Assembly (NCBI GenBank): GCA_035084275.1
Contig: CM068746.1
Span: 3,410,001-3,474,000, forward strand
Direction: 5' to 3'
From: Hydrolagus colliei
Taxonomy: Eukaryota
DNA length: 64,000 nucleotides
Of the stretch, positions 12,219 through 26,444 are shown piece after piece; the stretch's first letter is position 1, and each line of letters starts with the position of its first letter. Position numbers and translations under genes: made by a program. The notes below the pieces were generated by a model, which did not search any database, was not told the DNA's origin, and saw only the letters and a program-made list of their open reading frames with translations.

Positions 12219-13321
12219 TTGAGAGAGGAATATGGGTCAGGACACTGAGAACTCTTTGCTCTTCTTCAAAGAGGGATTATGCGGGATTTTGAATCCCCAC
12301 CCTTTGCCAACAGCTATAACCTCAATGCATGAATAGAATCATCAATTTCTGCTTTCAAATTTCGGTTTACATAACAAAAATATTTCCTTATCAGCTAGCT
12401 ACCAACATCAAACCATTTCTGGTATTCTGGTAGAGCTGTTTGTGTCGAGAAAGTCAACTATGACCTGAGGGTACTTGTACTCTCCACATTAGTCCTGAAT
12501 CTACTCTAAAAGATATGGAGCATTGTACAGCAAATATGTTCTATGACATTTGTCCTTTGTTTGTGCTTTGTGTTTTTTCTTTGAATTGTTTAATCATTTA
12601 TTAAAGCTGACGTGCTGAATGTGCTAACTAAATAACTTAGTGGATTTGTTACCCCGTCATAAATAACTATTTCCTCTCTTGCAGGTTTTCTGTAATTGTC
12701 TTAGTGGATTATGATGATGAGCAGATGTTAAGGTTTCCCCTCTTATTGCTTTGTATTTTTGACAATCCCAAGCATAATAAATAATAATAATAATAATCCT
12801 TGCATTTGATATATGCTCACATCTTCTAGACGTCTCAAAGCGCTTCATAGAAAATATTGTAAAGTGAATTGACTGTGTATTTATGAGCATATGTGTTTCA
12901 AATAGGGAACCCCTTGTTTTAGAGTTGTATTTTCAAAGCAATCTTTTTTATGTCAGGCATGAATGCTTATTTTGGCATAATTTGTGCGTGCATTAAATTA
13001 AGTTGCAGTTAACGATACTGAGAGTTCAAATCCAATAATCTTTGCAATGCGTGAGTTGTTTGTGCACTCTTAAATTTTGGGGGTAAAATTTGAAATGTTC
13101 CTTCTCTTAATTAGTACAAGGAATGCATTAAGGAACACAATGCAAATTTTATCCCATTAATTTCTGAAGCACCTAAGGTTACAAATATTGTAATGTTATT
13201 GTTGTTAATTCTGCCCTCACGTATTCAGATTGTATCAGCTACAGTAACTCCTAATGGATGCTGTCAACACTTATCATGTGAACACAATTTTAGAAAGTAC
13301 AAAAGACTGGTTAACTAATTA

Positions 13322-13715
13322 CAGTAATAGCTTGGTTATCTGGCACCCAACCAACCGGAACAATCAACCAACTGGTATCTCCCAATACAATTCACCATTC
13401 CAGCAACCGGATCTCATATTGCAGCCATCAGGGACACTCTCGGTATGCTCACTTTGCGCAAGTGCACTTATTAAACTTACTGAACGCTCAAATGCTTTTT
13501 TACCGATCATTTTACCGAGTGTGCTGGAATGCTTTATTGGTAAGTATCCATACAATATTCTGTTATTATTTAGTCTATTATTAATATGGTATGTTTTAAA
13601 ATAAGTAAATTTTTTGTGTAGGATTTCCAGCAAAACTTGCCGCTCGAATATCCGGCATGTTCGATTAACCGGCAATGTCAGATCCCGAGGGTGGCGGATA
13701 ACGAAGCTTTTACTG
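13322..13715. mobile_element. Tigger-like MITE
   Basis: TA TSD; TIRs cagtaatagcttggttatc / gataacgaagcttttactg; related to the copies at 40941 and 60650. Confidence 0.85.
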
Positions 13716-13997
13716 TACAGCTCTTTTAACCAATTCATTTTCAGAAGTGGTGCTGATGCTGAGGAACTCTTTTTAATGCTTCGAATGGTGTGTCCTCCAA
13801 TAAGTAGAAAGAAAATAATTATTCAGAGTCCTGCACGAAAGCTCTCTTGGTGGTAATTACATTCAGGAAAACCATCAATCAGCAGACGATAGTTATGCTG
13901 CATGTAGGAGACTTCTTTGAGTATCCCTGATGTTACAGATACTTGTCAAAGACAAGGATTTGGTCTTGGCGTGTAAGTTTTATACAAATAGAATACA

Positions 13998-14317
13998 CTG
14001 TAGCTCAGTGGTTAGAGCACTCGCCTTACAAGTGTGAGACCTGTGTTCGAATCCAGATAAATCAGGGCGAAACCTTGGACAAGTTTCCTTACTCCACACA
14101 CACGGCTAATAATAATCCATACCAAAAAAAACACAATAATAAAAATTGGTCATTTTCAATCCAGGACTATTTGTGGGACACTGCTGTGCGCAATTGGCTG
14201 CCATGTTTCGCCCACAAACATACAGTCAATTCACTTTACAGTATATTCTGTGAAGCGGTTTGAGACGTCGATAAGATGTGAAAAGCACTATATCAAATGC
14301 AAGGATTATTATTATTA
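13998..14317 (+). mobile_element. Young SINE, near full length
   Basis: tRNA-like head, Deu segment, L2-like tail, (ATT)n. Confidence 0.92.
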
Positions 14318-15129
14318 CTGTATATTATAAATGGTAATCCCCTCTGAAGTTTGTTTTTTTCCCCTTTCTATGGCTTCTCTTTACTCATTTGAGGTACAGT
14401 ATTTGTCTTGCCAAAGCCAACACGACTTCCGCAAGGCATGTTTCTGGAATCACCAATGTGGGAAGAACAATGAATAACTGGTCCTCATATTTAAAACTAC
14501 TACCAGTTGCAACCAAATTCAATTTGAAATTATGCAAAGACGAGAATATTGTTCCAGTTATCAGTTAGAATGTTGTTCAATCTGCGCAGTTTAATAATAC
14601 CTGGAAGATAGTGATCTATCCTAACATATGGGTAATGAGGCACACAGAAGCATCCAGTCAATAGAGTTTGTTGTTTTATCTCAATAATTACTGCCATCAA
14701 CACAGATGATATTTGCTGTTAAGGCTGTATAAACAGTCGTCAGGCATCTGGTTACAAAATAAATTGATTAGGTTTGTGCTTCTCCGTGTATTCTGCGATG
14801 TCCAATTTGGCTCATACTGCGTCTCCCTACATACACCAATTGAAACAAATTGTCGCAGGTATAGTATAGCCTGATTGTCACCAGAAATAAACATGAGATT
14901 GTATTTTGACTCTTCATTCTGAGCACACACCTCTGAGAAAATATCGATGACTTGAGCAGTGTAGTGTACGGCTGCTAGGAAACTCCCTTTCATTAAATGT
15001 ACCTACGTAAGCAAAGATACAGTGAATGGCCATACTAATAATAACAAACCTAGCAATAAACTTTCAGGATTATGCTATCACAGCATTAGCTTTGTTTATT
15101 TTAACTTAAACCAAGAGTAAAGTTCATCT

Positions 15130-15530
15130 CTCACGAATGGCTGAGTGGTAGAGCTCTCGCGTGATACAGAAGATTGTGCATGCATATGCCATTTGGGGTC
15201 TGGAACTCACCTAGTCTAAGCTAACACTTGAATATAATACTGAGGGGTTTTGCTGCATTGTCAAAGATTCCATCTTTGGCAAGTACATGAATTAATTCCA
15301 TTCCATTAAATAGAATCTTATCTGCCTGTTCAGGTGGGAGTTAAAGATCTCATGGCACTATTCGAATAGAGAAGAGTGTTTCTGTCTCTCTGTGTCCTGG
15401 ATGACAATTGGTCACTTGGTTCATTGCTGTGCGCTATTGTGTTGCCACATTTGCCTACAAATACACATCATTTCACATTAAATCCTGTGGTGCACTCTGA
15501 TTGTCCAAAGTGATGAAGTGCTATGCCGAT
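15130..15530 (+). mobile_element. Old DeuSINE copy
   Basis: atactgagggg..gctgcattgtc..ctgcctgttcaggtgg..aaagatctcatggcacta..gtgtcctgg..gctgtgcgc. Confidence 0.7.
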
Positions 15531-15684
15531 AAAATTCAAGGCTCATTACTTCATGTACAAGATGGCATTTATGATAGTAATGTAGCATAGTAGGTAGAGC
15601 AGGGATCACGTACTTTCACATTTATGACCAGAGTGACTGCAATAAAAGAACATGATGGCAACAGATGAACAGGGTTGTTAAAGC

Positions 15685-15900
15685 ATAATAATAATCCATG
15701 CATTTGGTAAAGTACCTTACCATGCCTTCGAGATTTCTCAAAGCACTTTGCAGAATATACTGGAAAGTGAATTGACTGCACATTTTGTCGATGAAATGCG
15801 GCAGCCAATTGTGCACAGCATTGTCCTACACACAATCATGGATTGAAATGACTAATTTAGTATTGGTAGCTTTTGTTAAGGGATCATTTTGTTAAGGGAT
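15685..15900 (-). mobile_element. Young SINE, 5'-truncated
   Basis: Reverse complement of the Deu segment and tail. Confidence 0.8.
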
Positions 15901-16251
15901 CATTATCCTTGGAGGAGCGATCTGCCAATCGACGCTTTGAGACATTGATAAGATGTAAGAATTATTATTATATTATTACTACTTAGTAGGATATACTTAC
16001 TACTTAGTTAACTATATATACAGTTAATTCACTTTACAGTATATTCTGTATTCTGTATAGCGCTATACCAAATGCAAGGATTGTTATTAACTTTTTTTTA
16101 CTAAATTATCCGCCATCTTCTCGTTTTATTAATTTGTGTCAAGGCCATAAAACCCACCTTGTGTAAATCTGGAGGACCATTTTGTCTTAATATTTCAGAT
16201 TGCATTGAATTGTGGAAAATTCTCAATTCTTAATTTGGAAATCCTTAATCT

Positions 16252-18196
16252 TAAGGTCCGGCGATATTTCGATATATTGGTTATATCCGATATAATTTTC
16301 ATATTGATATGCCGATATAGTCATTTAAAAAATATCGATATATCGAAAACCCGATATAAAAAATCGGAATGCGCCCACACTGAACTACAAGACCCAGAAT
16401 GCTCATCTCTATACACAATGCACAGACCGAGGTGCAAGCCGCTATATTGTATTCATAGTCCTCAAATACAATATACAGGTATACAGGTGGTGGGGGGGGA
16501 GAGACGGGGGGAGGGGGGGGAGAGACGGGGGGAGGGGGGAGAGAGACGGGGGGAGGGGGGAGAGAGACGGGGGGAGAGACAGCGGGGTGGGGGAGAGACA
16601 GCAGGGTGGGGGAGAGAGACGGGTGGGAGAGAGACGGTGTGGGGGAGAGACGGCGGGGGGGGGAGAGATTGCGGGGGGGGTAGAGACGGCGGGTGGGGGG
16701 GGAGACAGGGAGAAAGATGGGAGGTGGGGAGAGAGATGGGTGGGGGAGAGTCGGCGGGGGGGGGAGAGATGACGGGGGGGGGGAGAGACGGCGGAGGGGT
16801 AGACGGGGAGAGAGACGGGGGGGGGGTGGCGAGAGAGATGGTGGGGAGGGGAGAGAGACGGTGGGGGGAGAGATGGGGGTGAGTGAGACGGGGGCGTGGA
16901 GAGACGGGGAGGACGGGGGAGACATGGGGTGAGAGGGGGGGGATAGACGGGGGTGAGGAGATGGGCGGGATGTGATAATAGATAGATAGGTAGGTAGTAG
17001 GGTCCATCAATATGGAAATTTTCCGATTTAGATATATCGATGGGCTCCTATCGAGATATACTGAAAAATTGATATTTCCAGGTTTATCGTACTGCGCATG
17101 CGCGCGTGGCGCGCACATACGGAGTGCGCACGCATTTGGGGTGCGCGCGTGTTCCGGGTGCGTGCACATTCCAGGTGCGCGCGCATTCGCAGCCTATCTC
17201 CTCAGGAGGTAAATATCTTTCTCTCTCTGTGTCTCTCACTCACTCCATCTCCGTGTTTTTCTGTCTATGTCTCTGCGTCTCTCTCACATCCCCCCATCTC
17301 TATCTATCTGTATATTATCACATCCACCCCGTCTCTCCCCCCCACCCCGCCATCTCTCTCCCCCCCCCCCGCCCCCAGCTGTCTCTCTCTCCCTCTCCCC
17401 CCAGCCATCTCTCCCTCCCTCCCCCCACCCACCGTCCCTCTCCCCCCCCCTCCCCCCCCAGCCGTCTCTTTCCCCCTCCCCCCCCCCCAGCCGTCTCTCC
17501 CTCCTCCCCCCCCCCAGCCATCTCTCTCCCCCCACCCCAGCCGTCTCTCTCCCCCCCAGCTGTCTCTCTCCCCCTCATTCCCCCCCCAAGCCGTCTCTCT
17601 CCCCGTCCCCCCCCCTGCCTTCCCTCCACCCCTTGCATACCTGTATATTGTATTCGAGGACTATGAATACAATATGGCGGCTTTGCACCTCGGTCTGTGC
17701 ATTGTGTATAGAGATGAGCATTCTGGATCTTGTAGTTCAGTGTGCGCGCATTCCGATTTTTTTACCTCGGTATACCGATGTTTCAATATATCGATATTTT
17801 TAAAATGCCTAAATCGGCGTATCGATATGAAAATTATATCGGGTTTTAGCGATATATCGACATATTGCCGGACCCTCGTAGGTAGGTCGGTAGGTAGGTA
17901 GGGAGGGAGGGAGGGAGGGAGGGAGGGAGATGGGGGGGGGATGTGAGAGAGGACAGAGACACAGACAGAAAAACACAGAGATGGAGAGAGTGAGTGTGAG
18001 AGACACAGAGAGAGAGAGATATTTACCTCCTGAGGAGATAGGTCCCGAATGCGCGCGCACCTCTGAATGTGCGCGCACCTCGCAATGCGCGCGCACGCGC
18101 AGTACGAAAACACTGAAAATATCGATATATGGGTATATCTCGATTTGAGCCCAGCGATATATCGAAATCGGAAAATTTCCATATCGACAGACCCTA
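16252..18196. mobile_element. Non-autonomous hAT element (outer copy)
   Basis: Ends taaggtccggcgatat / atatcgacagacccta; 8-bp TSD cttaatct / cttaattt (7 of 8); cgatat subterminal repeats; G-rich interior. Confidence 0.85.
16998..17877. mobile_element. Non-autonomous hAT element of the same family, inserted antiparallel in the outer copy
   Basis: Ends tagggtccatcaatat / atattgccggaccctc; flanked by gtaggtag at 16990-16997 and 17878-17885; its arms are reverse complements of the outer arms. Confidence 0.85.
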
Positions 18197-19817
18197 CTTA
18201 ATTTTCTTAAGAACTGCAGAAAACCAACTTCGAAATTAATACTAAATTGAAGAATGTTCCCATTCTCTTGGTAATTTCAAGATAAACTGTTTAGGTGAAA
18301 TTTCACGACTGGGAATGTAACAATGTATTAGTACATACTTAAACTGTTGCACTCTATTAGATTCCCACAAATGTAGCTTTCATCACTTATACTGTTGGAA
18401 TAGTTGTTCAATTATTACTTTACTCAGTAACATCAAACAATGATGCTAATGACTGCTGACAAGCTGCACAGCCCTGTTAATAATATGGAAATTAGGCTAA
18501 ACTGCAACTGGTAAGCTTGGAAGCAAATGTTAATGGGTTTACTGTGCCACAACTCATATTACTTGACCAATACCCAATTGAAAAAAATACTGTTAAATTC
18601 CTTGTTATGCAATTGAGGTAGTCCACCAGGCAAACTGATCAGTCATAGAAAAAAACAAGATCATTTAGGCGTAAATTTGTAATTTGTTGCAATAAAACCA
18701 CAGAAAACCTTTACTAGAAATTAGAGTTATCTGACAATACTGTGAAGTGAAGTCACATTATCAGCATTGTGCTCATTTCACAAAGCAAAACTCTGTAGCG
18801 TTTGATATGTTACAGCTACCCCACCGATACATGGATCACTCTCCTATGGTACTTTTTCAAAGCATAATAATATGAAGCAGGCAACAGTCAGAGTACCGTA
18901 CAAGGTGAACTGTAGAAAGTTTGTGCTGTTTTCTTCACTCTGGGCATTGGAAGTGTATTGTGAGTGTAAGCTCATGATTAAACTATGCCTGTCTGCAGGC
19001 TTTCAAAGCTACTTTTATATTTTAACACAATGATTGTATTGTAACAAAGCTGGCCCCAGTTAAGTTCTCCAATTTGTTTTGCAGCAGTCAGGTTGCACTC
19101 GGCTGTACGAACCTGCACAGATTTCATTCAGCAAACTTGGCACTGTGTCCAAACGAAAACAATGGTCCAGTCTGCTGGCAGCTTAATTCCAGTAATCAGG
19201 AGTTCAATTCAGTTGTACACAAATGAATGTGGGTCAAGATCAGAAGTTGGTTTAAATGGCAGCCATGGGTTAATATACTTTTTAATTAAAATCTAAACAG
19301 CAAGATCATTGCTCCAATTAATAAATTATACCTCTGCAGTGCATGGCAACACTGAGCACTTTTTGTTGTGCGAATTGCAGTCAAACATAGTTTGAAATAG
19401 TTTATAACCTTCATAAATGTGTATTTTACCACAGCTGAAATGAAATTCCACATAATTGTTTATCGAAGGTTGCCTCTATCCAACAGAAGGCCACAACATT
19501 ATTTGAAAGAGGCAGAAAGTGTACACATGCCTTTCATTGTTATATTCAAGCTTATGGATGTCACAATTCAGTGCTATTCAGAGCACATTTCTGCTTTGTT
19601 TGATGATGAATGTTTTTACTCAGGTGGCTGAATAGCTTATAGCACGCTCTGCTGGCAGACCAAGAGGTTTCATATCATTATTAGACTCTCCAAGTTGGAA
19701 ACTTTACAAGATCACAAGTTTAGTTTCATCTGGAGTTTACACTCAGAAAACATTTATATTGCCCAGAGCCTTTGACCCATTTGGTCTCATGCTTCCAGAA
19801 AATCCACCCAACTTTTA

Positions 19818-20135
19818 GAGTCCTGTAGCTCAGTCCTGTAGCACACGCATTGGAAGCGAGAGACCTGGGTTCGATTCCCGGCAGGGAAAAATCTCGGGTA
19901 AGTTTCCTTACTCCACATGCCTGATAATAGTCCCTCAAGAAAAAAACCCAATAATGATTTGGTCACTCAATCCATGAATGTTTGTGGGACACTGCCGTGC
20001 GCAATTGGCTGCCGCGATTCTCCCACAAATACACAGTCAATTCACTTTACCGTATATTCTGTGAAGCGCTTTGAGACGTCTAGAAGATGTGAAAAGTGCT
20101 AAATCAAATGTAAGGATTATTATGTTATTATATTA
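19818..20135 (+). mobile_element. Young SINE, near full length
   Basis: Family consensus from head to tail. Confidence 0.9.
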
Positions 20136-20824
20136 TCTTCCCAAGCTGTTTTTCTTCAAATAGGTGAATTGTTCTGGCATCAACCAGCCTTCCCAGCAAA
20201 ATGCAAAATACCCAGTTGTTAGTTATTCACTGATTAAAGAAACACTTTCTGGTATTTATCTGAAATTGCCTTTGCATAAATCTATGTCCTTCTGTTCTAC
20301 GGTTTTGGTGCAGCATAAAATATTGTTCTGGGGGTTACTTTTTCAATCCCATTATACATTCTGACTAATGTGCTGCCATGTCTGAAGGTAAGGCATCTAT
20401 TATATGAAACAAGGAGAAATGTTGCTGCAAAGTCCGTCAACCTGGAACCAAAAGGAGAGATTGATAAATAAAATGTTGAAACTGCCTCGATTGCTGCTAA
20501 ATATTTCAATAGTTTATTATATTGATAAACAGAATAGCCTGAAATGTTATTTCATCTACTACATATAATAAATAATAATAATCATCCTTGCATTTGAGAT
20601 AGTGCCTTATCATGTCTTCGAGACTTCTCAAAGCGCTTCACAAAATATAATATAAAGTGAATTGACTATATATTTTGTGGACATGAAATGCCCACAAAAT
20701 ATACCTAACATATGTATATTTTCCATAACTTTAACCTTATGACATGGAACCTGTAAAATACCAGAGAGAATGATTTACAACAACAACAAAAAACTTTAAA
20801 TAGAAATTTTCTAATACAAATTAA

Positions 20825-21530
20825 ATGGAGCCTTTCACATCAAGTGATGTGAAAGGCTCAGAGTGCTTGTCCATAGTAGAGCTTGACCCTGAGTCAGGGG
20901 AAGGGAGAGGAGGTAACTGTAGGTAAATTTAAAGAGGTAGGTCTTCAGGTGTGATCTGAGGACAGATAGATGGAGGAATTGAGGCAAACTCCAGCGTTTT
21001 GGGGTTTAGTGGCTGAAAGCCTATCTGCCGATGGTGGAATGGAGGAGATTGAGAGACATGCAGGAAGTCTAGTCAGCAGAGCAATGGGGGCAGGTAGAAT
21101 AGATTTGTGCAAACAGCTTGGAGCCAGCGTTAAGTAGGTTATGTGTTAGTGAGTGTGATCTTGAAATAAATCTGTTATACAATGAGAGCCAGTGGAGCCT
21201 GGCAAGGAGTGAGGTGATGGGGATGCAGAGTTTAGTATGAGTGAGAGTATGGGTGGCACAGTTTTGAGTTATTTTGATTTGATGAATAGTGAAGTTGTGT
21301 GAGGAGGGTATTTGAGAAATTGAGGCAGGAGTTGGATAAGGCTTTTGACTGTGTTGGGTGTGAGGTATGGGTCAGTGGATAATGTGACAGAGTGGAGGAA
21401 AGCAGTCCTGGTCAGGGACCAGATATTGGGTAGAAAGGAGAGCTAAGGATCGAACCTGACATGTAGGTTACGCACAGGTTCAGTAAGTCCTGATTGAAGA
21501 AGGTTAAGGAGGTCAGATGCACAGTTGCAA
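20825..21530 (-). mobile_element. Degenerate LINE L2 3' fragment; reverse SINE tail at 20565-20690
   Basis: G/A-rich reverse complement of the L2 ORF2 C-terminus (gagccagtggagc, gggtggcacagttttgagt). Confidence 0.7.
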
Positions 21531-22719
21531 AGACATTGTCTGCAGCCAAGGAGTATGGCTTCCATCTTATTGGTACTCGCCTGCGGTATATTGACGCTCA
21601 TCCAGGCAATGGGAAAAATGTATTCATAAATGTAAATGATATACTGGATTTTCACTGTCATGTATTATGTTAGATACTGCAGTAACTTGAATAATGGATG
21701 TATTTCTGACAGGCATTTTAAAAACTTTGCAGTTTGCATTTACAGGAGAAATGTGTGGATGTACATTGCAAAATAGCCAGAGTGACGGTGGAAGAATTCT
21801 CCTGGGAGTGAACTTCCTGAGTCTCTAGGGCCTTTTTTTTTGCTCCTTCTTATATTTATCTGTGTATTTATCTATAATGCAAGTCTGTAGTTTGAAAACA
21901 GTTTAACATCCACTATATAACCACACATACAGTCTTCTTATTTGTGAGTTTACTTTTAGATTTCAATGGTATTTCTGTGCCAAAATAAATCCTTCATTTT
22001 CCTTCATACTTCATTGTTAGTCAGTACAGATATACCTTCCCTATTACCCAAGATATCCTATTAGGCAAGCAAGAGACCTGGGTTTGATTCCAGGCAGGGC
22101 GAAACCTTGGGCAAGTTTGGTCCACAAATATACAGTCAATTCACTTTACAGTGTATTCTGTGAAGCACTTTGAGACGTCTCGAAGACATGAAAAGCGCTA
22201 TGTAAAATGCAAGATTTACTATTATTATTCACATCCACATCGTCTCCATCCTTGATTCTCCAGAATGAACTTGCAAGGGCTTTGAAATCATAAGGCTGGC
22301 TCTGCAATTGACATGTTCATAGCATATATAGTATATACTGTTCAGCGCTTCGAGACTCTTAACAATCTGATAAGATGCTGTATGTATTGCAAGAGTTATG
22401 ATAACACGGCTGAGATTGGAATCTCACTGTTTAGGGCCAGGCAATAAGTCATGTCCTATCACTATGTGCCGTTAGGTGGCAGAAATCCCACTGTTTTTGC
22501 ACACCACACAATTACATAAATCACCAACATTGCCTGCTGTAATCAGATTACACTTTATTTTTACTTCACTTCAAGAATATTATAAATATAGAACTCTTCG
22601 GTGGTGGTGGTGGTGGGGGGCGGGGAGGGCATTTGGTTTGCTCATGTGTTTTTTATTACAATCAGAAATATCCTTTTTGCCAACAACTGATCACAATTGT
22701 GTATTTTTAATCTGCAAAT

Positions 22720-23270
22720 AATAATATTGCAATAATGCTTGTATTTGATGTATCACCTTTCATGACTGCTAGATGTATCAAAGTGCTTTCCAAAATACGC
22801 TGTAAAGTGAATCGACTGTGTATTTGCGGACGAAACGTGACAGCTAATTGCGCACAGCAGTGTTCCCACAAACAGCCGTGGATTGAAATCACCAATTTAT
22901 AATTTTTTTCCTGACAACAACCACGTTACACTTGTATAGCACCTTTCACTTCAGAAGGACGTCCCAAGGAACTGGACAGTCATTATTTCAGATCCGAGCT
23001 GGGGTCAGGGATGGGGGGTGGTGGTGGGGGTGGAGGTAAAGGAGGGGGATTTGGGGTGACTGATGGGACCGTCGAAGAGGAGGGACTTGAAGCGGGATTT
23101 GGAGGAGGCCAGGGAGAGGGTGTAGCGGAGGGATTGCGGGATGGAGTTCCAGAGGTTGTATCTGAGAGATTATTAGCAGGTGTATGGAGTAAGGAAACAT
23201 CACCCTGCCGGGATTTAAACTCAAGTCTCTTGCTTGCAAGGCGAGTGCTCTAACCACTGAGCTACGGAAT
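22720..23270 (-). mobile_element. Young SINE split by an L2 3' fragment (about 22915-23160)
   Basis: Tail and body at 22720-22905, reverse L2 tail and UTR at 22915-23160, head at 23170-23270. Confidence 0.8.
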
Positions 23271-24494
23271 CCCACCAACCATCCATTAAAGTTATTTTAT
23301 CTTATTTTACAAACGGATGCGGAAAATAAAACGACACAGAAACACATGGAAACTTATACGGAGAGAACTCAAACTCTTCCAGCTAAATTGGAGATCCGAA
23401 TGCAAATCAGTCAGTATTTGTGCTCAACAGAAAGATACTATTACCCAGACAATAATCAAAGCAGGATTGGAAAGGTAAATTATGATTATGCCGGGAAGAG
23501 TGGCGAAGCGAACAATTCCAGTAATAGCTCCAAAATCCCCCCACACCGTTACCAGTGGTAACAAGCAACAGCTTCAACTGAGTCCCATGGTAAGGTTTCA
23601 TTTGAAGTTTTCAGAGTTTCAATTAGTCACTCTGTACACACTATAATCAAAAGATGACTGCAGGGGTTTTGTTATCTTGGCAACGCAAGAGGACACATAC
23701 TGTTTACACTCAGGAATTACTGTCCTCCTGAACACAATCCCTCAAAGATATGGATCTTGAAACATATGTAAATCAGTTTAGCAGTCGTATGCAATACGGC
23801 GAAACTGTGACCACTTGAACAGAATAAGTCATTAAATAAGGGGCTTCTAAGCAACATAATTATCCTCTGAATATGCTTCAACTTGGAAGGTGAACTCAAG
23901 TATCACTCTCTATCTTACTCATAGGAAAGTATAGTTCCTAGACTGAATTACGCAACACATTTGTTAGACGAATTGTGGAGCTACTTCCAAGTAAAGGAAT
24001 ACTTTGGGGTTTTAAAAAAATGAAAATAATCCTGTAAGTCAGGAAGCAACTAAATACTGTATACAGTATTTCAAAAGCATTTTAATAATAACATGTGTTC
24101 CGTCTACAAGTGGTTGCAGCCAGGAGAGGAAACTAAATCGGAGACCTGAAAACATTATTAAAACATTTTTTACACTTTATGTGAAGTATAAATACTTTCA
24201 ATGTGAAATTTGGTATTTTTCCCAGTGTGATTTCCCCACCAGGAGTTTTACAGATATAATACGGAGGTCAACCACCAAAGAAAACAGTGAATGATATCAC
24301 AATATTGTAATGCGGGGAGATAATGTACTTTCACTAAGTAGCTCTTTTACCATTCTTTTGTTTATTATTGCGTTAGGATACAGCAGTTTAGCTTCACTCC
24401 TGCAGCAACTTGTGCAAATCCCTGACTCTCCACCAGCTCAGGAGCACGAAAGGCATTGTACACAATGTAATTTATTGTCATTAATGTTGTTGCA

Positions 24495-25095
24495 TGAGCC
24501 TGACTCATATTAACAGCATTCTCGACAGAAGGTGGAGGGTTCAAGTCCCATGTTGAGCCTTGGGGGCAACATTTGGTCTATGCTGAGACCCCCAGTGGCT
24601 TGCTGGGGTAGTGCTGTATTGTTGGAGGTGCCGACCTTTGGTTATGATGTTAAACCAAGATCTAATCTGCCTGTTTGGGTGAGTGTTAACAATTCAAGGC
24701 ACTGTCCAAAAAGATAAGGGTGTTTCCTTCAGTATCCTGTCCAACAATTACCTTGGGAAAGTTTCCTTACTTCACACGCCTGATAACAATCCCTGGAAGA
24801 AAAAAAAATTGTGTGATTTCAATCCACGGCTGTTTGTGGGACGCTTGCTGTGCTCAATTGGCTTTTGCGTTTTTTCCACAAATACACAACTCAATTCACT
24901 TTACAGTATATTCTGTGAAGCGCTTTGAGACAAGAAAATGTGAAAAATGCTACATCAAATGCAAGGATTATTATTATTACTATTATTATTACTATTATTA
25001 TTACTAACAATTCCCAAAATCAAATCAGTCATTCGTTTTGTGGCTGACTGTGGGAAATTGTTGTGTGGAAATTGGTTGCCATGTTTGCTTACAAG
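24495..25095 (+). mobile_element. Old DeuSINE containing a 5'-truncated young SINE (24750-25005)
   Basis: Old head and body run to ..tcctgtccaacaatt; young SINE; then aacaatt is repeated and the old Deu 3' part resumes. Confidence 0.75.
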
Positions 25096-26444
25096 ATGAG
25101 CAATAGCAATGATCGCATCTTGGGGTTCAGGAAATACTGTATCATAGCAACAAGTTTCACTTTTATAGCTCCTGTGGCTCAGTTAAATGCTTAAAAGCTC
25201 TTTACAGGACTGGGATGGGGGCTTCAATGGGAAGATAGGGAGGTAAGAAGATGATTAAAGGTGCAGTCAAAGAGGTAGGTTTTCAAAAGGGTGTCCAAAG
25301 AAGATATAATAATAATCGACAATAATCCTCGCATTTCGATATAGCGCTTTTCACGTCTTCTAGACGTCTCAAAGCTCTTTACAGAATGTACTGTAAAGTG
25401 AATTGACTGTATATTTGTAGACAAAAAGATATATTCAGTCACATCCCAATCTTCTAGTGTTGAGTATAACAGTTATTTGATAACATTCTCACCACCAAAC
25501 AAGAAAAGATTTATACTACAGTAGTTTGCTTTATAAACATTACATTACTGCACAAAAACAACAGAGATACAATGAAGCACGGGTATAAGCCTACACTGTG
25601 TATTAAAGCAGCAAATCGGGACAGAATCACCCATTAATAGAAAGAGGTAAAATGTCTGAGAAAATCAAAGTAAAATTCTAAATGCCACAGGTCAAAATTG
25701 TTTGCAAATACAACACGTTTATTTAAAATTTAACAAGTGGACTGTATTCTATTGTTAAAGTCAAGATTAAAATTGACATTAGAAAGATATAAAACCACTT
25801 TTGAAAAACTGAAATACAAATGATTAACAGTTTATGTTGATGCATTTGTCCTGTTTATTGGAAAGGTACAGTTTACTTAGGAGCTGCATTATTTTTAACC
25901 ATTTCAAAAACATACCAAACGGTTAAACAAACAATCCATGGGATATAAAGCACAGGGCGTGGTAGGGAGTAGCTCAGAAATAGAATTAGCTCAGTGAAAT
26001 ATTTAGTAAAATTGTATGAGTGCGGTACATAGCTGGCTGTAATCACTGACTGGAAAACAGCAAAAATCCTCAACAGGGGTGGTGTGCATAGAATCCCAAC
26101 CTTTAAACAAGATCTGTGCAAATGTTTATTTAAGAAGTGATGGAATCAGTTCCGGCGAAGCAATGTTTCCACTGTATTCCAACCTCACAATCGTGTCTGA
26201 ATGAATTATCACAATCATAACACACGTTAGCAAACTATTGCTCTGGCAGGACTGGCGAGAAGCTCTGATTATTGTGTAGAGCTTGTGCGGAAAAAACATC
26301 ATATTATTGTATAATCTAATAAGCAACATCAAGCCCTATTTTTCAGGTGATTAGATGCATATTCTTTTATTGAATAAAACAGGGCAAGTCTGTTCCAATG
26401 GTGGCCCACAACATGTCTTGTATGTGTAATTTATGACATGTAAA

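Noticed and set aside
13998-14070. tRNA-Val gene (also the similar heads at 2911, 19818, 28035, 34171, 61925)
   Set aside because: These are SINE heads: they run into SINE body and tail, lack a proper acceptor stem and differ among copies.
16205-18182. Long Gly/Pro-rich ORFs
   Set aside because: Low-complexity G/C tracts inside non-autonomous hAT elements.
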